This document shows, in pieces, positions 16,874 through 20,000 of a stretch of 20,000 nucleotides of DNA (position 1 is the stretch's first letter; the number at the start of each line of letters is the position of its first letter). The position numbers and the translations under genes are program-made. The notes beneath the pieces were generated by a model that saw only the letters and a list, made by a program, of their open reading frames with translations, searched no databases and had not been told where the DNA came from. The DNA comes from an uncultured virus (IMG/VR IMGVR_UViG_3300027782_000042) (Duplodnaviria > Heunggongvirae > Uroviricota > Caudoviricetes): IMG/VR virus record IMGVR_UViG_3300027782_000042; one strand, given 5' to 3'.

Positions 16874-18543
16874 TAACATTAGTAACAGGTTTATGGGATA
16901 TCGGTAGAGGTAATATGACAGAGGGTTGGTCAAGAAACTTTGATTTTTATTTAGAAAAATTTAAAGAACTGTTAAAGATTGATTGTAACATGATAATTTT
17001 TGGCGATATAGAATTACAAAAATTTGTTACTGATCAAAACAGAGACTTAAATAAAACTAGGTTTATATTAAGAGATTTAAGTTGGTTTAGAAATAACGAT
17101 TACTATGAAAAAATACAAACCATAAGAACAAATCCTAATTGGTATAACCAAGTTGGTTGGTTAAAAGACTCGACACAAGGTAAGTTAGAAATGTATAACC
17201 CATTAGTTATGTCTAAAATGTTTTTATTACATGACGCAATGTTACTTGATCCTTTTAATTCTGAAAAACTTTATTGGATAGATGCCGGATTAACAAACAC
17301 AGTTAGTGTTGGTTATTTTACTCATGATAATGTTTTAGAAAAAATAAATAAAACATTTAATAACTTTACGTTTATATGTTTTCCGTATGAAACAAATACT
17401 GAAGTACACGGATTTGAGATAAATAAAATGACAGATCATATTGGTAAAAAACCAAATATGGTATCAAGAGGAGGATTTTTTGGGGGGACCAAAGAAACAA
17501 TTTCCCAAATGAATTCATTATATTATCAATTATTGTTTCAAACCTTGAACTACGGTTTAATGGGTACAGAAGAAAGTTTATTCACAATTTTAACCTACAC
17601 TCAACCTAATATAATTGATTACGTAAAAATAGAATCAAATGGGTTATTATATAAATTTTTTGAGGATGTTAAAACCAACAATGTGGTCATAGAAAATAAA
17701 AAACCAAAAATAATAACTAACAATGAAAATAATGGGGGGGTTGGTTTATACGTGATAACATTTAATTCTCCTAAACAGTTTGAAGTTTTGGTTGAGTCTA
17801 TGATGGAATATGATCCTTCATTTATATCCAAAACCAAAAAATTTTTATTAGATAATTCAACTGATTTAACAACAACAAATGAATACTTGAGAATTTGTGA
17901 GATGTATGGTTTTGTTCACATAAAAAAGGATAATATTGGAATAACAGGTGGTAGGCAGTTTATTGCTGAGCACTTTAACAAACAAAATGATCTATCAACA
18001 TATTATTTTTTTGAGGACGATATGGCTTTCTACCCAAAGGAAAGTGATACATGTAAAAATGGTTTTAATCGATTTGTTAAAAATTTATTTAACATAACTC
18101 AAGAAATAATAAAAAAAGAAAATTTTGATTTTTTAAAATTAAATTTTACTGAATTTTTTGGTAGTCACGATAAACAATGGGCTTGGTATAATGTTCCCCA
18201 AAGTTTTAGGGAATCTCATTGGGAAAATAATAAATTATTGCCAAAACAAGGTCTTGACCCTAATTCACCAAACTTAGAATATAAACATATAAAATCACAT
18301 AAAGGGGTCCCATATGCTAGCGGTGAAGTTTATTTATCTAATTGGCCGATATTAATGACAAAGGAAGGAAATTATAAATGTTATATTAAAACAAAATTTC
18401 AAAACCCATATGAACAAACATTAATGAGTCATTGTTATCAAGAAACAATTAAAGGAAACATTAATCCATCTGTTTTATTACTTACACCAACGGAACATAA
18501 TAGATTTGATTTTTATAGTTCCGATTTAAGAAAAGAATGTTAG
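16870..18543 (+). CDS. Bifunctional glycosyltransferase: HtrL/YibB (WlaTC)-like N-terminal domain plus GT2-like C-terminal domain
   Basis: N domain: TLVTGLWDIGR, YNPLVMSKMFLL.DA...DPFNSE..YWIDAG, GGFFGG, GTEESLF. C domain: YVITFNSP, LDNS, NIGITGGRQ, YYFFEDDM. ATGA overlap with the upstream gene. Confidence 0.78.
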   Translation: MITLVTGLWDIGRGNMTEGWSRNFDFYLEKFKELLKIDCNMIIFGDIELQKFVTDQNRDLNKTRFILRDLSWFRNNDYYEKIQTIRTNPNWYNQVGWLKDSTQGKLEMYNPLVMSKMFLLHDAMLLDPFNSEKLYWIDAGLTNTVSVGYFTHDNVLEKINKTFNNFTFICFPYETNTEVHGFEINKMTDHIGKKPNMVSRGGFFGGTKETISQMNSLYYQLLFQTLNYGLMGTEESLFTILTYTQPNIIDYVKIESNGLLYKFFEDVKTNNVVIENKKPKIITNNENNGGVGLYVITFNSPKQFEVLVESMMEYDPSFISKTKKFLLDNSTDLTTTNEYLRICEMYGFVHIKKDNIGITGGRQFIAEHFNKQNDLSTYYFFEDDMAFYPKESDTCKNGFNRFVKNLFNITQEIIKKENFDFLKLNFTEFFGSHDKQWAWYNVPQSFRESHWENNKLLPKQGLDPNSPNLEYKHIKSHKGVPYASGEVYLSNWPILMTKEGNYKCYIKTKFQNPYEQTLMSHCYQETIKGNINPSVLLLTPTEHNRFDFYSSDLRKEC

Positions 18544-18549
18544 TTGTTA

Positions 18550-18557
18550 TATTTATA
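18550..18557 (+). promoter_or_regulatory. TATTTATA putative late promoter motif
   Basis: TATTTATAATTAAAAA, with the core 14 nt before ATG 18572. Confidence 0.7.
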
Positions 18558-18571
18558 ATTAAAAACAATTA

Positions 18572-19639
18572 ATGGAATTCTTTATTAAGAAAAACGCTAC
18601 ATTACCAATTTTAAAAATGCAAGTTGTTAAAGATGGTCGTAGTGATTTCAATAAAATGATGGGACTAATCGAAAATTCCGCCATATTCTTTTCTATGGTG
18701 GATATAGAAACAGGTATTCCTAAAATTACAACTAGACCTGCGGGGTTTGTATCTAAAAAAATGTTAGACCCAAATGCCGATCCTGAATATTATGTTTACT
18801 ATCAATTTACAAATAAAGACACAAGAAAAGTTGGTAGGTATGAAGGCCAATTTCTATTAAGAAATGAAGATGGTGTTTTAATATTACCAATAAGAGATAA
18901 GTTATTTATTAACATACAAGAAAGTTTTATTGCGGAAGACCTTCCATATGACAGTTGCTATGTTAGTGAATTTCCTTGTTGTATTTTACCAACCCCCACA
19001 CCATCACCAAACCCCACACCAATAGTAACAACTACAACAACATTTCAACCAACACCAACACCTTCACCATTACCTTTAGAGGTTGTTTTAAATGTGATAA
19101 TCACACCAGGATCCACAATAATAGACTATAATCTTACGTCAAATATTCCATTTGATGATCCAATATTAGTTTATTTTAATCATACTCTTAATGTTTACAC
19201 AGGTTCTCCAATAAATATTATAACAGGAGTTACAATATCTGTCGGAGAAATTTTTGGTAACACACAAGTTATTTTAGAAGAAAATTTTAATAATTTAACA
19301 AGAATAGATACTTTTAGTAATATAATTACCTACCCAAACCCTCTTAATCTTACTATAATAGAAAATTATCCTGTAACACCAACACCAACACCAACGGTAA
19401 CGCCTACCAACACACCAACATTAACACCAACACCAACCCCTACACCAACATCGGTTATAGAGATTTTAATTAACCCTATAATAACTGAGAACGGAGAATA
19501 TATTGATGTTGGTGGGAATTTTTATTTAATGTTTGTAGATCCACCACCTCAAGAGTTAATAAACCCGTTAATTGTTGGTAATGATGAATATTTAATTATT
19601 GGTGACGAAGAATATTTAGAATTTGTAGATCCAATATAA
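18572..19639 (+). CDS. BppU-like baseplate/fibre-anchor protein with two Pro-Thr linkers and a duplicated 30-aa C-terminal motif
   Basis: FFIKKNATLP.LK...VYYQFT..DT.KVGRYEGQF.L....G.LILP matches the BppU N-terminal pattern. PT tracts at 18989-19075 and 19370-19453. LINP.I....EY...G...YL.FVDP occurs twice. Confidence 0.7.
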   Translation: MEFFIKKNATLPILKMQVVKDGRSDFNKMMGLIENSAIFFSMVDIETGIPKITTRPAGFVSKKMLDPNADPEYYVYYQFTNKDTRKVGRYEGQFLLRNEDGVLILPIRDKLFINIQESFIAEDLPYDSCYVSEFPCCILPTPTPSPNPTPIVTTTTTFQPTPTPSPLPLEVVLNVIITPGSTIIDYNLTSNIPFDDPILVYFNHTLNVYTGSPINIITGVTISVGEIFGNTQVILEENFNNLTRIDTFSNIITYPNPLNLTIIENYPVTPTPTPTVTPTNTPTLTPTPTPTPTSVIEILINPIITENGEYIDVGGNFYLMFVDPPPQELINPLIVGNDEYLIIGDEEYLEFVDPI

Positions 19640-19649
19640 AACTTTAAAC

Positions 19650-19657
19650 TATTTATA
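19650..19657 (+). promoter_or_regulatory. TATTTATA putative late promoter motif
   Basis: taaacTATTTATA (the same 13-mer as at 11461), with the core 16 nt before ATG 19674. Confidence 0.7.
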
Positions 19658-19673
19658 TAATAAAAAACAAATT

Positions 19674-20000
19674 ATGGCATTAACAGGAAAAACAATTGGG
19701 GAATTATCATACCTACAATTCCCAACTAACGATACTTTAATCCCAGTACAATATATTGGGGACACTTATCATATTGCATTTTCTTCGATCACTTATAACG
19801 AAGGAACATATTCACAGTTTGTTGCGGAAGCGGGTAGTGGAATACTAACACCTGGTAGATTTTACTTAATGAGTGATTACCAAGCTTGTTATGATCAACC
19901 AAACTACAATAATGTAAAAAATCCAATTACAACGGGTAACTATAAAACAGGAACAACAGAACCAATTTTATTATTGGCGATATCTACAACAGGGTTTTCA
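19674..20000 (+). CDS. Probable fibre/structural protein (5' part, truncated by window end)
   Basis: Not in the ORF track. Open for 109 codons: MALTGKTIGELSYLQFPTNDTLIPVQY...GILTPGRFYLMSDYQACYDQP...TEPILLLAISTTGFS. The L.PG.fY.itDY pattern recalls Bacteroidota phage tail proteins. Confidence 0.72.
   Translation, partial: MALTGKTIGELSYLQFPTNDTLIPVQYIGDTYHIAFSSITYNEGTYSQFVAEAGSGILTPGRFYLMSDYQACYDQPNYNNVKNPITTGNYKTGTTEPILLLAISTTGFS

Noticed and set aside
258..17837. Other short ORFs nested in long genes (258-449, 3464-3649, 5297-5521, 7058-7399, 10650-10919, 12651-12845, 12679-12957, 13125-13307, 15673-15903, 17619-17837)
   Set aside because: They overlap well-supported genes on the opposite strand or in another frame and have no recognisable motifs.
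1..20000. Stop-codon reassignment as seen in some large phages
   Set aside because: Genes are full-length and tile densely in code 11. TAG (18541-18543) and TGA (16871-16873) fall at sensible gene ends.
1..20000. Eukaryotic or giant-virus (NCLDV) origin suggested by mucin-like, GT60, LETM1 and papain features
   Set aside because: Translationally coupled operons, an intrinsic terminator, and WYL, HtrL and BppU-like genes point to a bacteriophage. Core hallmark genes (capsid, terminase) are not in the window, so this remains inference.

Overview
AT-rich, gene-dense, operon-organised DNA in the standard bacterial code. It has several stop/start overlaps (TAATG, ATGA) and no Shine-Dalgarno motifs. 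It most likely comes from a large (jumbo-type) tailed phage, probably with a Bacteroidota host; this is inference from motifs, not a database result. There are three blocks. (1) Minus strand 1-4967: a sugar/nucleotide operon with a DegT-type aminotransferase (partial), a double GT2 glycosyltransferase, dUTPase, a PolB-like 3'-5' exonuclease, a SAM methyltransferase and a GT-B glycosyltransferase. (2) Minus strand 5071-7808: an operon containing a LETM1-like protein and a stand-alone WYL protein, closed by an intrinsic terminator. (3) Plus strand 7862-end: a virion-like module with a LamG-like/Cys-rich/papain-protease fusion, several Pro-Thr mucin-like proteins, a repeat-containing fibre and a BppU-like protein, with three glycosyltransferases (GT60-like, GT90-like, HtrL+GT2) embedded among them. 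A TATTTAT(A) motif 12-16 nt upstream of five starts looks like a phage late promoter. The top candidate for a new system is phage-encoded mucin-type O-glycosylation of Pro/Thr-rich virion proteins. All family assignments come from motif recognition by eye.
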